A stretch of DNA of 64,000 nt from Camelus ferus (taxonomy: Eukaryota). The translations under genes were made by a program, and so were the position numbers. The notes beneath the pieces are model-generated. The model was not told the origin of the DNA. It worked only from the letters and a program-made list of their open reading frames with translations, and searched no databases. The stretch spans positions 12,152,001-12,216,000 of the forward strand of contig NC_045730.1 in NCBI RefSeq assembly GCF_009834535.1. The letters run 5' to 3'. Shown here piece after piece: positions 25,625-38,479 of the stretch (positions are counted from its first letter, which is position 1; each line of letters starts with the position of its first letter).

Positions 25625-25795
25625 CTTTTTTGTCCAGTTTCATTGCCATGTAATTGACATAGAGCACTGTTACAAGTTTAAGGTCTGCAGCTGGTGATCT
25701 GACTTACAAACATCATGAGGTGATGACCACAGGAAGTTTAATGAACATCCCCCATCTCAGATAGATACAAAGTTAAAGCAATAGAAAGGAAGCTC
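25625..25795 (-). mobile_element. Old LINE-1 3' end fragment
   Basis: Same family text as 3150-3432. Confidence 0.6.
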
Positions 25796-27768
25796 ATTAT
25801 CTTAACACTCTTTAGGTACAAAAAAATCCCAGACTCTGCCAGGGCTCCAGAGCCACTTCCGAGACAAGCTCACCCTGGAGGCAGGAAGGTCAAGCTATGC
25901 TCTGCGCACTCCACCAAGAAGGCAAGGGAGCTTACGGTGCAGACCTTAGATTTACACAAAATGCTTAAGTAGTTTAATGGCCTCGCATACGTGGGGAAGT
26001 CTAATCCTCACGTCTGTGAACAGAGAACAACAATAACTGCCATCTGTCGCCTATTATGGGCCTGCTGATGGGCTACAGTGTTTTGCATATATTGCCTTTT
26101 CATCCTCACAAAAGCCCTGTGAGAAAGTTACTACCGCCATCCCGCCCCATGGCGCTGCAGAACACACAGGCTGAGTCAGAGATGGGAAGTGCAGGGCGCC
26201 CATCCGGGATGAGGCTGAGTGAGGTGGCGAACACTTGACCGTTCTGCTCGGGGTGGGCGGTTTTTTCATTCCTGGTCCCTGGTTGAACTGCTTCTTCTCA
26301 GGTCCGGATCCCAGTCTCAACATAAGTGGCTCCCAAATGCTCCCTAAGAGATATTTCTCAGAAATTTGCTTCCAGAGGCTTCCCAGACACAGACGTGAGG
26401 GGGCAGTTCAGCTCCTCAGAGAAAGCTTTTGAAATGCGTGGACGGGGGCTTCAGTCCCATCTGATCCTACACTTCCTCTTAAGTTCCCAGTGTTTTGAGA
26501 TGAAATGCTTGATGACATACCCTACCTACTTACCTAGTTTCCAAATAAAACGTAATACAGTGCCCTAACGGTAGGTAGTGTAACAAAGCCATCACATGCC
26601 AGATAAGCAGAATTTAGCGACAAATGCTTTAGCTGCATTTAGAGACCAACCCCATGAACATATTTGGCTGATGTGACTTTCCCAAATTAGTGAACGACTC
26701 TGCTTAAAGCTTCAAAGAAAGTACAATTCTCCCTCATTTTACACATTCCTGAAGATTTTATTGCCTGTTTTAAGCATGTGAAAAAGCTTATTTGTAAAAC
26801 AGACTTGGTCTCTGGACGCAGATCATTATATACAGGTTTTTTCACTTATGCAAATGTCTGGTGGAACGTTACCACCGGGTCCTGCTGGAGGGGAACTCAC
26901 TACAGGACCCCTAGCATCCTAGGCCAGCATCCACGAAATGCCAGTTTTGCCTCCATCACTGTGACAACTAGAAAACCTCTCACAAATGCCTAAAAGTCCT
27001 TCTAAAGCCAAGAGGGAATGTTTTACACACAAGAAACAGTTCGCTCACCTGGAGATGGAGTCAGGGAAGAAGACTTTCAGGGATAAAAATGCCATTATTA
27101 TGATGGTTGCAATCAGACATCCTTCATTTCCACAAATGAACAGAATCACACAGTGGAAGGGGCCCCGCCAGGTCTAAAACACCTTGCAGATCCTGGAGAA
27201 AGAACGTCCTTTCACTGAGTGACCCCAGAGAAAGGAGCTGTGACTTCCATCCGCCTCGTCTGTCTAAAATTTCTCAAGGAGATGCTCCCCAAAGTAAGGC
27301 ATTCCTGCCGAATGAGATCTGGCTGCTACCTGCCCGTCACCTCAGTTCAAACTATCTGCCGCATGCACCCTGCACCCCTCAGCCCCCAACCCCAACCCTG
27401 CTCCAGCTGCCCTGCTATCTGTTCTGCCCATCAGACAAGCCCGAGCCACACATTGCTCCCTCTGCCTGGAATGTTCTCTCCAGGAAGCCTGGATCAAGGG
27501 CCCTGATATGTACACCTTCTCCTGCATAATCCTTGGAGGAGTTGGCACTATATAGTGGTGTGAGGTAGTCAATAAAAATTTAAGAAGTACAGGAATTAAA
27601 GTCCACACAGACACACTGGGGGGCCCATAGCAGGACCTGCTAAAAACCATGGGAGACCATGCTCCTCTGTGGAACCTCGTGGAAGGGGATGGGAGGCTCA
27701 CATAGGTTCACCAGAGCTTAAAGACGCCCATGAGTTCTGCGGCATCTTAGAAAACAACCGTTCACTTG

Positions 27769-27782
27769 CTGCCACCTGATGG
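27769..27782 (-). promoter_or_regulatory. Weaker candidate CTCF site
   Basis: Reverse complement CCATCAGGTGGCAG, one mismatch to the core. Confidence 0.3.
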
Positions 27783-28239
27783 TCATTTCTGGAACATCCT
27801 CTAAGAGACTATGGCAAGCCCCGGTCCTCACTGGATCCAACTTCCTTCATCCCAGGTTTGGCCACAGCTGTAAAAATGTATAAACCACCGGTGGGATGCG
27901 GCCGGGACCCTGGATGAATGTGTGAGGCAGGTGGCATTTTTCCACATTTCAGGGCCTCCCTTTCAGAACGACTCACCGCCTCCCATCATTTCTCTTTGGG
28001 GGAAAGTGAAAAAGCACTAGAAAACTGTTTCCTTCTAAGCACTTTAGAGCTATAGGAGGCGGGCAACGTTTAATCAAGGCATTGAACATCCAGACGTGGA
28101 TGGAGGGCTCCCTTCCCCCACCGGATGGACACAGAGGCCTCCGTATCCCCCCCACAGTGAGAGAGGGCTCCCCATCCTTCCCACAGACATAGAGGGCTCC
28201 CTAACTCCCCATCTCCCCAAGGTTGCTCAGGCGGGTGGA

Positions 28240-28930
28240 CACCAAGGAGCATCATTGCTGGACTGTAAAATTATGTTTGATTTTGTGAGAAACTGCCAAC
28301 CTGTCTCCAAATGGCCTGACTGTACCATTTTGCATTCCCATCAGCAATGAATGAAAGTTCTTGTAGCTCCACATCCTTGTCAGCGTTTGGTGTTTTCAGT
28401 TTTGGATGTTGGCCATTCTAAATAATGTCTAGTGGTATTTCATTGTTGTTACCATTTGCAATCACTTAATAACATGTGATGTTTAGCATCTTTTCCAACT
28501 GAATATCTTCTTTGGTAATAAGATGTTTTTTCAGGTCTTTTGTCCATTTTATTAAGCAGGGTGTTTGTTTATTGCTGAGTTTTAAGAGTTTTTTGTATAT
28601 TTTGGATAACAGTCCTTTATCAGATAGTCTTCCTTTGGTATCCATGGGGGTTTGGTTCCAGGAACCCTGTGGATACTAAAACCCATGGATGCTCAAATCC
28701 TGTCTACAAAATGGCATAGTACTTTTATATAACCTATACACATCCTCCCATATACTTTAAATAATCTCTAAGTTACTTATAATACCTAATACAATGTAAA
28801 TGCTATGTGCTTTCTGGAAATTTCTGGAATTTCTTTTCAAATATTTTTGATCTGTGAGTTGAATCCATGGATGAGGAACCCGTGGATACAGAGGGCCAAC
28901 TGTATATCTTTTGCAAATATTTTCTCCCCT
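28240..28930 (-). mobile_element. LINE-1 fragment interrupted by MER2
   Basis: L1 antisense text on both sides (tgtaccattttgcattcccatcagcaatg...cctttatcaga / tatcttttgcaaatattttctccc). Confidence 0.8.
28625..28902 (+). mobile_element. MER2-like Tigger (TcMar) non-autonomous transposon
   Basis: Terminal inverted repeats (agtc...ggtatccatggg / cccgtggatacagagggccaactg) with a TA at the right end. Confidence 0.85.
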
Positions 28931-29799
28931 TCCTATCTCTGTCTCTGGTTTCTCCTCTCATTCTCAAACTTTGACACACACATGTAAAAGTTACAGGAAT
29001 CATTTAGGGTCTTACTAAAATTCTGATTCTGGAGGACTGGGGGTGGAGCTTGGGGTTCCAGATTTCCTGCAGTCTTCCAAGTGCTGCTAATGCTGCCTTG
29101 AATGGCAAGGCTAGAGAGCATCCTGGCTGCTGTTTGCATTGGAGGGAACCAGAATGCTGGTGACAGGTTCCTGTTAAGAGTGATTCAGGCCACAGATAAA
29201 AGTGCGTGAAACAGAGCGGTGGCAGTGATAATGGAGAAAAGCGAATGTATTTGATCACTGTGTGGAAGATAAGATCATTAACAACTTGGTGACTGAAATA
29301 CAGCAGGCGAGAGAAGAGAGGTAACAGTATGAGCGGCAGCTGTTCTTAAGAGGCAGAGTAACATTCTAGAAAGGCCTTGGGGCTGGGAGTCTGAGGACCT
29401 CAGTCCTGGCCCCAGATCTGCTTCTAACTTGCTCTGTGTCCTTGGGCAGGCTACTTCGCTTCTTGGAACCTCTATTAAATTGGCCCCGTATTCGATGCTG
29501 GGCTTGTCACACCGTTCTTTTGAGGCTCTGATGAACTAGTGAACATGAAAGCGCTTTGTGAGCACTACAGCATGATGCCAGTGAAGGCGACTGTACTTAG
29601 TAGGCAATCCAAATCTGTTCCAAAGCGCTATGGGGTTACACCCCTTACCGACCCTTTCTAGTCCTCCTGCCTGGAGTCAATAGAACAAGACTGAAGTCAG
29701 TTCAGAAGCCAAGGAAAGTTTGCTTCTTTGATTAAATAATGGGGAGACGCCAGCTCACACTGGGAGTCCCTGCTCTCCGTGAAAGGCCCTCTGGGCGGC

Positions 29800-30020
29800 T
29801 GCTTCCTAGGGCTCCCATCAGCGCGGAGGCGGGCGAAGCTGTCGCGAAGCGGATGCCGCTGCGCTGCCCAGGCCGCAGGGCGCAGGCGCAGAGCTTTTGC
29901 ACGCGGGGCCCGGCGGAGCCGCGGTGCCGGGAGCAGCCCTTTGCCTCCGGGAGCTCTCCCCTGAAGGACCCGGGGTCAGACCTCTGCACAGGATGCCCTC
30001 TGAGCTAGACTGCGCAGCAC
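29800..30020. promoter_or_regulatory. Small intergenic CpG-rich element with an NRF1-like motif
   Basis: Dense CpG run; GCGCAGGCGCA at 29880-29890. Confidence 0.4.
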
Positions 30021-31210
30021 ACAGGGATTTAAAAAGGTAGGAGGGGGTTGGTTAGAGTTTCTTTTATTACCCAGATTGTATTTCTTATTTCTCGGGTGTT
30101 GCTAGTGGGCTTCGCCGGTGACCTACTGATGCTTGCTTGGGCCTGTGGGAATATTCAGTCCGGTAGCCGTGCTCAGCCGTGTCAGCCCGGAAAGGCAGTA
30201 GAGCTAGTGTGACAATAAATGGATCCTGTAAAAGCAGTCCAGCTCCTCCTGGGCATCGGCCCCTCATGTGGAGTCGGGGGCCTTATTTTAGCCCGTGGGC
30301 CTAGCCTGTATGTTTAATAGGAACTCCAAGGATAGGCCCGGGGAGGCCTGGCCTTTAGCCTCTGTCTGACCCCAGCCCGGGTACTGCCCAGGAAATTCTT
30401 TGAAAGGGGAATCTGGGGCTTCCTTTTCAGGTCTGAGCCTTGCTGTTGTGTGAACCTGGGCGTTTCTAGAAGGGAAGATGTCTAGGTGGTCTTGGAGTCA
30501 AGGATTTTGCACCATGAGTGTGAGTGTGTGGAGAATGCCTCCTCTTCCAAGGAGAAACTTTGTGATTTTCTTGAGAGGTTGGTAGCAGGGAAAACCAGAA
30601 AGTCAGGCTCCTGGGCTTTCCTGACTCACTTGCTGTAAAGAGGGGGTGTGCTGGTCTCGCCTCCCAGGCCTGCTCGGTATTTCTACATTGTCTACATGCC
30701 CCAAGTCTGATACTTTAGGTCAGATTTGTCACCGATACACAAGAATGGTCAAGTAGATTGTTTCAGAAAAGTATTTAAGTTTCCTTCCCTATAGAATGGG
30801 AATGTTCATATCTGTTTGGCAGGGTCGTGGATGTATTTGGTGAAATGATGCATATACAGTACTCATCACAGGTCTGGCCCACGCTAAGAGCTCAACAAAT
30901 GGTAACTTTTGCAGTCACGTTCTGAAACCAGTACCCGCAGTGATCTGTAGGGAGTTCAGACCACACGGCCCTGTCTTCTGCCTCTTCCCTAGGATGGTGA
31001 AGGAGGAGGAACCCTGGCTGGAGGAAGGGGGAGGGTTTTCTGCAGGTGTTTACAATCTTGGCTCTTCAGGTTCCCCATTGAGGGAGGAAAATTACCTGGC
31101 TGAGCTTTTGGAAGGTGTTGAATCCTGTTTCAGCTGAGTTGCGTTTGCAGATACCTGCTGAGGTCGAACTCATAGCCAGGACTCGAAACTCTTTTTAGCT
31201 GGAAGAATTT

Positions 31211-31638
31211 TCTATTCGTTTGCTAGAGCCGCTGTTACAAATGGCCACAGACAAGGTGGCTTCAACCACAGAAATTTATTGTGTCTTCTGTTCTGGAGGC
31301 TACATGCCCAAGGGTTGGTTCCTTCTGAGGGCTGGAGGGAAAATCTGTTTCATGCATCTCCCTTAGCTTCTGGTGATTTACAGACAATCTTGGTTGAAGA
31401 AGTATCACTGTGATCTCCGCCTTTACCTTCCTATGGTGTTCTCCTTGTGTGCACCTGTTTTTTGTTTTTGTTTTTTTTTTAAAATAAGGACCCCAGTCTT
31501 ACTGGATTAGGGGCCCACTCTACTCCAGTATGAATTAATTGTAACTCAGCTAATTACATCTGCAGTGTGCCTATTTCCAGACAAGGTCACGTTCTGAGGA
31601 ACTGGGAGTGAGCACATATGAAAGTGGGGGGAACACAA
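31211..31638 (-). mobile_element. MLT1 (ERVL-MaLR) solo LTR
   Basis: MLT1C/D-like ends and core (ctaattacatctgcag...cctatttccagacaaggtcacgttctgagg). Confidence 0.85.
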
Positions 31639-32376
31639 GGGTACTTGAGCAGGACAACTCCTTAAATATTGATGCTCTCCCCGCCAGGTCATCTGGACCT
31701 TAGTGAACACCTGCTTTATGCAAGACCCTTGATGGGAGAGGGGTGACTACAAGTATTTGGACTTAATGATTCTTTCGGGTCCTAGCCCAGGGGGACAGTC
31801 GAGGACAGTGGTTTAGAGCTTGGGCTCTGGGTCAGCTGTTACCAATTACCAATCATGTGATCTTGGGCAAGTAACTTCCTCTCGATGCTTCAGTTTATTT
31901 GCAAGATAAGGGTGATTCGTACCTAACGGATGGGGTTGCTGGGAGACTAAAGCAAATTAATACCCGTGAAGAACTTGAATCATTGTCTAGCAAACACCTG
32001 AGATGATATTAGCAATTCATATTGTTAAAACGACTTCTAAATCTAAAATGCTGTCATTCAGGGAGCCTTCAAATGGCCCATAATCGAGGACCAAAAAGAT
32101 GGGATGCAGCTTTAGGAGCTCATAGAATGTAGGGTGTCCAGGGCCGAAAGAGTCTTTCCAGACTGTCTACTTGAGTCTTCTCATCTTGCAGACATGTGAA
32201 GTAGACAGTCCTTGGCCTCTAAAGGAGCTTAGAGTCCAACAAAGAGCTGCATAAGCCTAAAAAGTGTAGTAATGTCCTTGTTTTCATTCCTTTCCCCTGT
32301 TTCTCTTGCAGCAAATAAACAGGAGAAGGAATGGCCCAGAGATTTATCTTCTTTCATTTTGAGCACACAATTCACA

Positions 32377-35300
32377 TTTTTTTTTTTTTACTGAAATATA
32401 GTTTTCTTGTTTGTTTGCTTGTTTTTATTGAAGTTTAGTCAGTTACAATATGTCAATTTCTGGTGTACAACACAATGTCCCAGTCATGCATATACATACA
32501 TATATTCATTTTCCTATTCTTCATCATTAAAGGTTATTACAAGGTATTGAATACAGTTCCCTGTGCTATACAGAAGAAATTTGTTTTTTATCTATTTTTA
32601 TATATGGTGGTTGACATTTGCAAATCTCAAACTCCCTAATTTATCTCCTCGAATCCCCTTTCCCCCAGTAACCATAAGACTGTTGGCTATGTCTGTGAGT
32701 CTGTTTCTGTTTTATAGATGAGTCCATTAGTGTCCGCTTTTTTCTTTTCTTTTTTGTATTCCACATATGAATGATACCATGTGGCATTTTTCTTTCTCTT
32801 CTGGCTTACTTCACTTAAAATGACAATCTCCAGGTCCATCCATGTTGCTGCGAATGGCATTATTTCATTCTTTTTTTATCACTAAGTAGTGTTCCATTGT
32901 GTAAATATACCATAACTTCTTTATCCAGTCCTCTGTCGATGGCCATTTAGGTTGTTTCCATGTTTTGGCTATTGTAAATGGTGCTGCTATGAACATTGGG
33001 GTGCATGTGTCTTTTCTAATTAGCATTCCCTCTGGATATATGCCCAGGAGTGAGATTGCTGGATCATATATAACTCTATTTTTAGTTTTTAAAGGAATCT
33101 CCCTATTGTTTTCCACGGTAGCTGCACCAAATTACATTTCCCACCAACAGTGTAGGAGAGTTCCCTTTTCCCCACACCCCCTCCAGCATTTATCATTTGT
33201 GGACTTTTTAATGGACCATTCTAACTGGTGTGAGGTCTTAATCTCAGTGTAGTGTTTATTTACATTTCTCTGATAATGAGTGATATTGAACATCTTTTCA
33301 TGTGCCTATCCACCATTTGTATGTCTTTATTGAAGAAATGCCTGTTAGGTCTTGTACCCAGTTTGTGATTGGGTTGTTTGTTTCTTTTTCTTATTGAGTT
33401 GTACAAATTGTTTATATATTCTGGAAATTAAGCCTTTGTTGCATCATTTGCAAATATTTTCTCTCATTCCATAGGTTGTCATCTTGTTTATGGCTTTCTT
33501 TGCTGTGCAAAATCTTATAAGTTTAATTAAATCCCATTTGTTTATTTTTGCCTTTCTTTACATTGCCTTGGTAGACTGGCCTAGGAGAACATTGTTATGA
33601 TTTACGTCAGAGAATGTTTTGCCTCTATTCTCTTCTAGGAGATTTATGGTGTCCTGTCTTATGTTTAAGTCTTTAAGCCATTTTGAGCTTACTTTTGTGT
33701 GTGGAGTGAGAGAGTGTTCTAACTTCATTGACCCTCACATGTCCAGTCTTCCCAACACCAGCTGCTGAAGAGACTGTCTTTTCTCCATTGCATGTTCTTG
33801 CCTCCTTTGTTGAAGGTTAATTGACCACGGGTCTGGGTTTATGTCTGGGCTGTGTTCTGTTCCATTGATCCATATATCTGTTTTTGTGTCAATACCATGC
33901 TGTGTTGAAGACTGTAGCTCTGTAGTATTGTCTGAAGTTTGGTGTTCNNNNNNNNNNNNNNNNNNNNNNNNNNNNNNNNNNNNNNNNNNNNNNNNNNNNN
34001 NNNNNNNNNNNNNNNNNNNNNNNNNNNNNNNNNNNNNNNNNNNNNNNNNNNNNNNNNNNNNNNNNNNNNNNNNNNNNNNNNNNNNNNNNNNNNNNNNTCC
34101 AATCCAAGAGCATGGGATATCTTTGCATTTCTCTAAATTATCTTTAATTTCTTTTATCAATGCTTTATAGTTCTTAGCATGTTTTATAGTTCTTAGCATA
34201 TAAGCCTTTCACCTCCTTGGTCAGGTTTATTCCTAAGCATTTTTAATGTGATTTTGAAAGGGATTTTTTCTTTTACTTTCCTTTTCTAATATTTCATTGT
34301 TAGTGTAAAGAAACACAACAGATTTCTGTGTTACTCTTGTATCCTGCTACCTTGCTGAATTTGTTTATTAGCTCTAGTGATTTTTGGGTGGAGTCATTAC
34401 GGTTTTCTATAGTCATGTGACAANNNNNNNNNNNNNNNNNNNNNNNNNNNNNNNNNNNNNNNNNNNNNNNNNNNNNNNNNNNNNNNNNNNNNNNNNNNNN
34501 NNNNNNNNNNNNNNNNNNNNNNNNNNNNNNNNNNNNNNNNNNNNNNNNNNNNNNNNNNNNNNNNNNNNNNNTTTTCACCATTGGGTATTATGTTGGCTGT
34601 GGGTTTGTCATAAATAGCTTTCATTATGTTTGGATATGTTCCCTCTATATCCACTTTGGTAAGAGGTTTTGTTTTTTTTTTTTTATCATGAATGGATGTT
34701 GAATTTTAGCAAATGCTTTTTCTGCGTCTGTGGAGATGATCATGTGATTTTTTGCCCTCTCTTTTGTTGATACAGTGTTTCACATTGATTGATTTATATA
34801 TGTTGAACCATCTTTCTGACCCTGGGATGAATCAAACATGACCGTAGTGTATGAAAAGTTTTATGTGTTGCTGGACTCAGTTTGCAAATATTTTGTGGAG
34901 CATTTTTGCATCTATACTCATCAAAGATATTGGCCTGTAGTTTTCTTTTTTTAGTGGTGTCTTTGCTTTTGATATCGGGGTGATGGTGCCTTCATAGAAT
35001 GTGTTTGGGAGTGTCCCCTCCTCTTCAATCTTTTTTTTTGAAGAGTTTGAGAAGGATTGCTGTAAGTTCTTTTTGTATGTTTGGTAGAACTCCCCAGTGA
35101 AGCCATCTGGTCCTGGACTTTTGTTTGCAAGGAGATTTTTCATTGCTGATTCTATTTCACTTCTAGTGATCAGTCTGCTCAAATGATCTATTTCTTCTTG
35201 ATTCAGGTTTGGTGGACTGTATGTTTCTAGAAACTTGTTTATTTCTCTAAGTTGTCCAATTTTTTGCCATATATTTGTTCATAGTATTCTCTTATGGCTT

Positions 35301-36066
35301 TTTGTATTTCTGTGGTGTTGGTTGTAATTTCTCCATTTTCCTTTCTTATCTTGTTTATTTGTGTCCTCTTCTTCTTGGTGAGCCTGGCCAGAGTTTTGTT
35401 GTTTTTGTTTACTCTTTCAAAAAAAATCAGCTCTTGATTTGATTGACTTTTTTCTATTTTTTTTTTAAATCTCTATTTTATCTATTTCCTCCCTGATCTT
35501 TATTATTTCTTTCCTCCTGCTGAATTTAGGTTTTGACTGTTCTTTTTCTAATTCTTTAAGGTGGTAGGTTAGGTTGTTTATTTGAGATTTTTCTTGCTTT
35601 TTGAGGAAGGCCTGTATCACTATGAACTCCCCTCTTAGGACTGCTTTTACTGCATTCTATAGATTTGGTGTAGTTGTGTTTTCATTGTCATTTGTCTCAA
35701 GGTATTTTTTTAATTTCCTCTTTGATTTCATCGTTGACCCATTGGTTTTTCAGTAGCATGTTGTTTAGTCTCTATGCAGTGTTTTTTGGGGGTTTTTTCC
35801 CCCTCGTTTCTCTTTCTGTGGTTGATTTCTAGTTTCATGCTGTTATGGTCAGAAAAGATACTTGAAATGATTCCTGTTCTCTTAAATTTATTGAAGCTTA
35901 TTTTATGTCCAAGTGTGTGGTCCAGCCTAGAAAATGTTCCACGTGTACTTGAAAAGAATGAACATTCTGGTTTTGGGTTTTTTTTTTTTTTTTTGAATGT
36001 AATGTCCTGAAATATCAACTAAGTCTATCTGTTCTATGGTGCCATTTAAGATCTCTGTTGCCTTAT
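32377..36066 (-). mobile_element. ~3.7 kb 5'-truncated, rearranged LINE-1 (3' UTR plus decayed ORF2)
   Basis: PolyT at 32377; ORF2 fragments YDPAISLLGIYP..KDTCTPMFIAA..WKQPKWPS, KSPGPDGFTGEFYQTY, NYRPISLMSIDAK and SIFSDHNSMKLEIN; broken by stops, frameshifts and N-gaps at 33948-34097 and 34424-34571. Confidence 0.95.
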
Positions 36067-36642
36067 TGAGGAAAGAGGAATCTCTTTCTCTTGCTCCTCC
36101 CTACCCATGGGGAGAGGGGAAGAAGCTCTTTTTCTCACCCCCTTGGGGGGAGAGAGAAGGTACCTCTGTCTCTTGACCTTACTCCCAGGGGGAGGGGGGA
36201 ACCTCTGTCCCCAGGGGTGGTGGGTGGTAAGGGCAGGAGGACTGTCTACTCTTTCTTTCCGGGACAGGAGGTAACATATCCACCTCTGACCTTCAACCTC
36301 ATGGAAGACATGCTCCCGCTGCTGGAAGGAGAGTGACATTGTTATTGTCAAGAGCAAAAAGTTGTGAATGAGAGAATTCTGTACAAATAGACCTTGTTAA
36401 ACATAATTCTCATCTTCCTTAGCCTCCCAACATAATGTAGTTCCTTTGCCACAATTGCCTCTTTGTTCAGTCCACCTCTTTGGGTCTTTCTTCATTTCCT
36501 CGGAAGGGTGCCATGTGTCATATAAAACTCACGAGAAATAAATGTGTATGCTTCTCTCCTGTGATACGCCTGGTGTCCATTAAATTTTCAGGACCAGCTG
36601 TCAACTCTTAGAGGGTGGAGGTTTGGTTTTGGCTTGACGACA
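36067..36642 (+). mobile_element. ERV-type LTR
   Basis: TG...CA ends, TATAAAA at ~36521 and AATAAA at ~36537; no clear target-site duplication. Confidence 0.55.
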
Positions 36643-36789
36643 TCTTTCTTGCTGGCATCTTTGAATTCTGCCTCCTTCTTTGGCTTGATTCTTCTGTATG
36701 CTGACATGCTTTCAGCTACCATCTTCAGAAACTCTGAACAGGGCTGTGTCTTTCAAAATGGAACATATTCTTAGCATACGATCCAGCCC

Positions 36790-37345
36790 TCAAACTCCTT
36801 AGTATCAATGGACCCAAATGAGTTGAATGCTTACATCTACCCAGGAGCCTGCACCTGGACATTTATGGCAGCTTTATTAATACCTGCCAGAAATTGAAAG
36901 CAACCAAGATGTCCTTCAGGAGGTGAATGGACATATGTACTGTATCCCATACAATACAATGTTATTCCACACTGAAAAGAAATGAGAGATATATGGGGCC
37001 ATGAGGAGACAGGTGGGGTGCCTTGAATGCATATTACTCACTGAAAGTAGCCAATCTGGAAAGGTGGCATATCTTAGGGTATCAACAATATATAACATTC
37101 AGGAAAAGGCAAACCATGGAAAGGGTGAATAGATCAGTGTGTTGCTAGGAGTTGTGGCAGGGTTGGTGGGAGGGGTGGTAAATAGCCTGAGCACAGGATT
37201 TTTAAGGCAGTGAAACTATTCAGTGTGATACATTCATGATGAGATACATTTGTCAAAACCCATAGGGTGTACAACACCAGGAGTGAACCCTAATGTGGAC
37301 TCTGGTGATCATGACATGTCCTTGTAGATGATAGTGCCCAACACA
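36790..37345 (+). mobile_element. Old LINE-1 (L1MB/MC-like) 3' end
   Basis: ggacatttatggcagctttatt...gcaaccaagatgtccttc...tacaacaccaggagtgaaccctaatgt. Confidence 0.8.
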
Positions 37346-37369
37346 CAGAATATTGATAGGATAGTTGGG

Positions 37370-38330
37370 GAGTGGGAGTTTCATGGCTTCAGGACTTACG
37401 TTGAAGTATTTGATTTCTTTTGAGGCGGTTTTTGTAGATGGTATGAGAAAGGATTCCAGTATGATTCTTGTGCATGCAACTGTCCAGTTTTCCCCACATC
37501 ATTTATTGAAGAGGCTATCTTTTCCCCCATTGTATGTTCTCACCTCCTTTGTTACAGATGAAGTGACCATATAAGTGTGGGTTTATGTCTGGGCTCTCAG
37601 TTCTGTTCCATAGATCTCTGTGGATTTCTTTTGTGTCAATACCATGCTGTTCCGATTCTAGGTCTGTAGCATAGTTTGAAATCAGGGAGCGTTTGCTATG
37701 TCCAAATTTGTGCTTCTTTCTTAAGATCGTATTGACTCTTCAGGTTCTTTTGTGTTTCCATATACATTTCAGAATTTTTTCTTCTAGTTCTCTGAAAAAT
37801 CCCATTGGTATTTTGATAGGGATGGCATCAAGTCTCTAGATGCCTTGTGGTGTGGAATCATTTTAACAATGCACATTCTTCCAGTCCATGAGCATGGTGT
37901 ATCTTTCCATTTGTTTGTGTTGTCTTCAGTTTCTTTCATCAGTGTCATCCAGTCTTCTGAGAACAGATCTTTCACCTCCTGGGTTAGATGTATTCCTGGG
38001 TATTTCAGTTTTGTTAATGTCAGTGTCCGTGGGGTGGTTTTCTTCCTTTCTCATTCTGATAGTTTGTTGTGAATGTATAGAAATGCAACAGATTTCTGTA
38101 GAGTAACTTTGTATCCTGTAACTTAACTGAATTTTCAGGTGAAGTCTATTTGTTCTTGGATGTCATTAGGATTTTCTATACAGAGTATCATGTCATCTAC
38201 AATCAGTGACAGTTTTATTTTTTCCTGCCACTGGATTCCTTTGACTTATTTTTTATTTTTTATTTTTTTCATCTAATTACTATGGCTAGGACTTCCTAGA
38301 CCATGTCACATGGATGTGGTGAGAGTGGTC
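37370..38330 (-). mobile_element. LINE-1 ORF2 fragment
   Basis: Translates to LMKETEDNTNKWKDTPCSWTGRMCIVKM. Confidence 0.88.
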
Positions 38331-38479
38331 AGGGCTAGAGTTAGGTTTAAGCATAACTGGCCCTCTTCCCCTTCCTCCCACTCCAAAACTCAGGCCTCCA
38401 AGAAGGACAGCACTAGTCCAAGGTCACACAAGACTCAGGGAGTTGAGCTGGACCTTTGTTTTTCTGCTGCCAAATCTTG

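Noticed and set aside
28085-28220. Imperfect ~30-nt repeats (gagggctcc...cccacag)
   Set aside because: Small degenerate minisatellite without unique spacers; not CRISPR-like.
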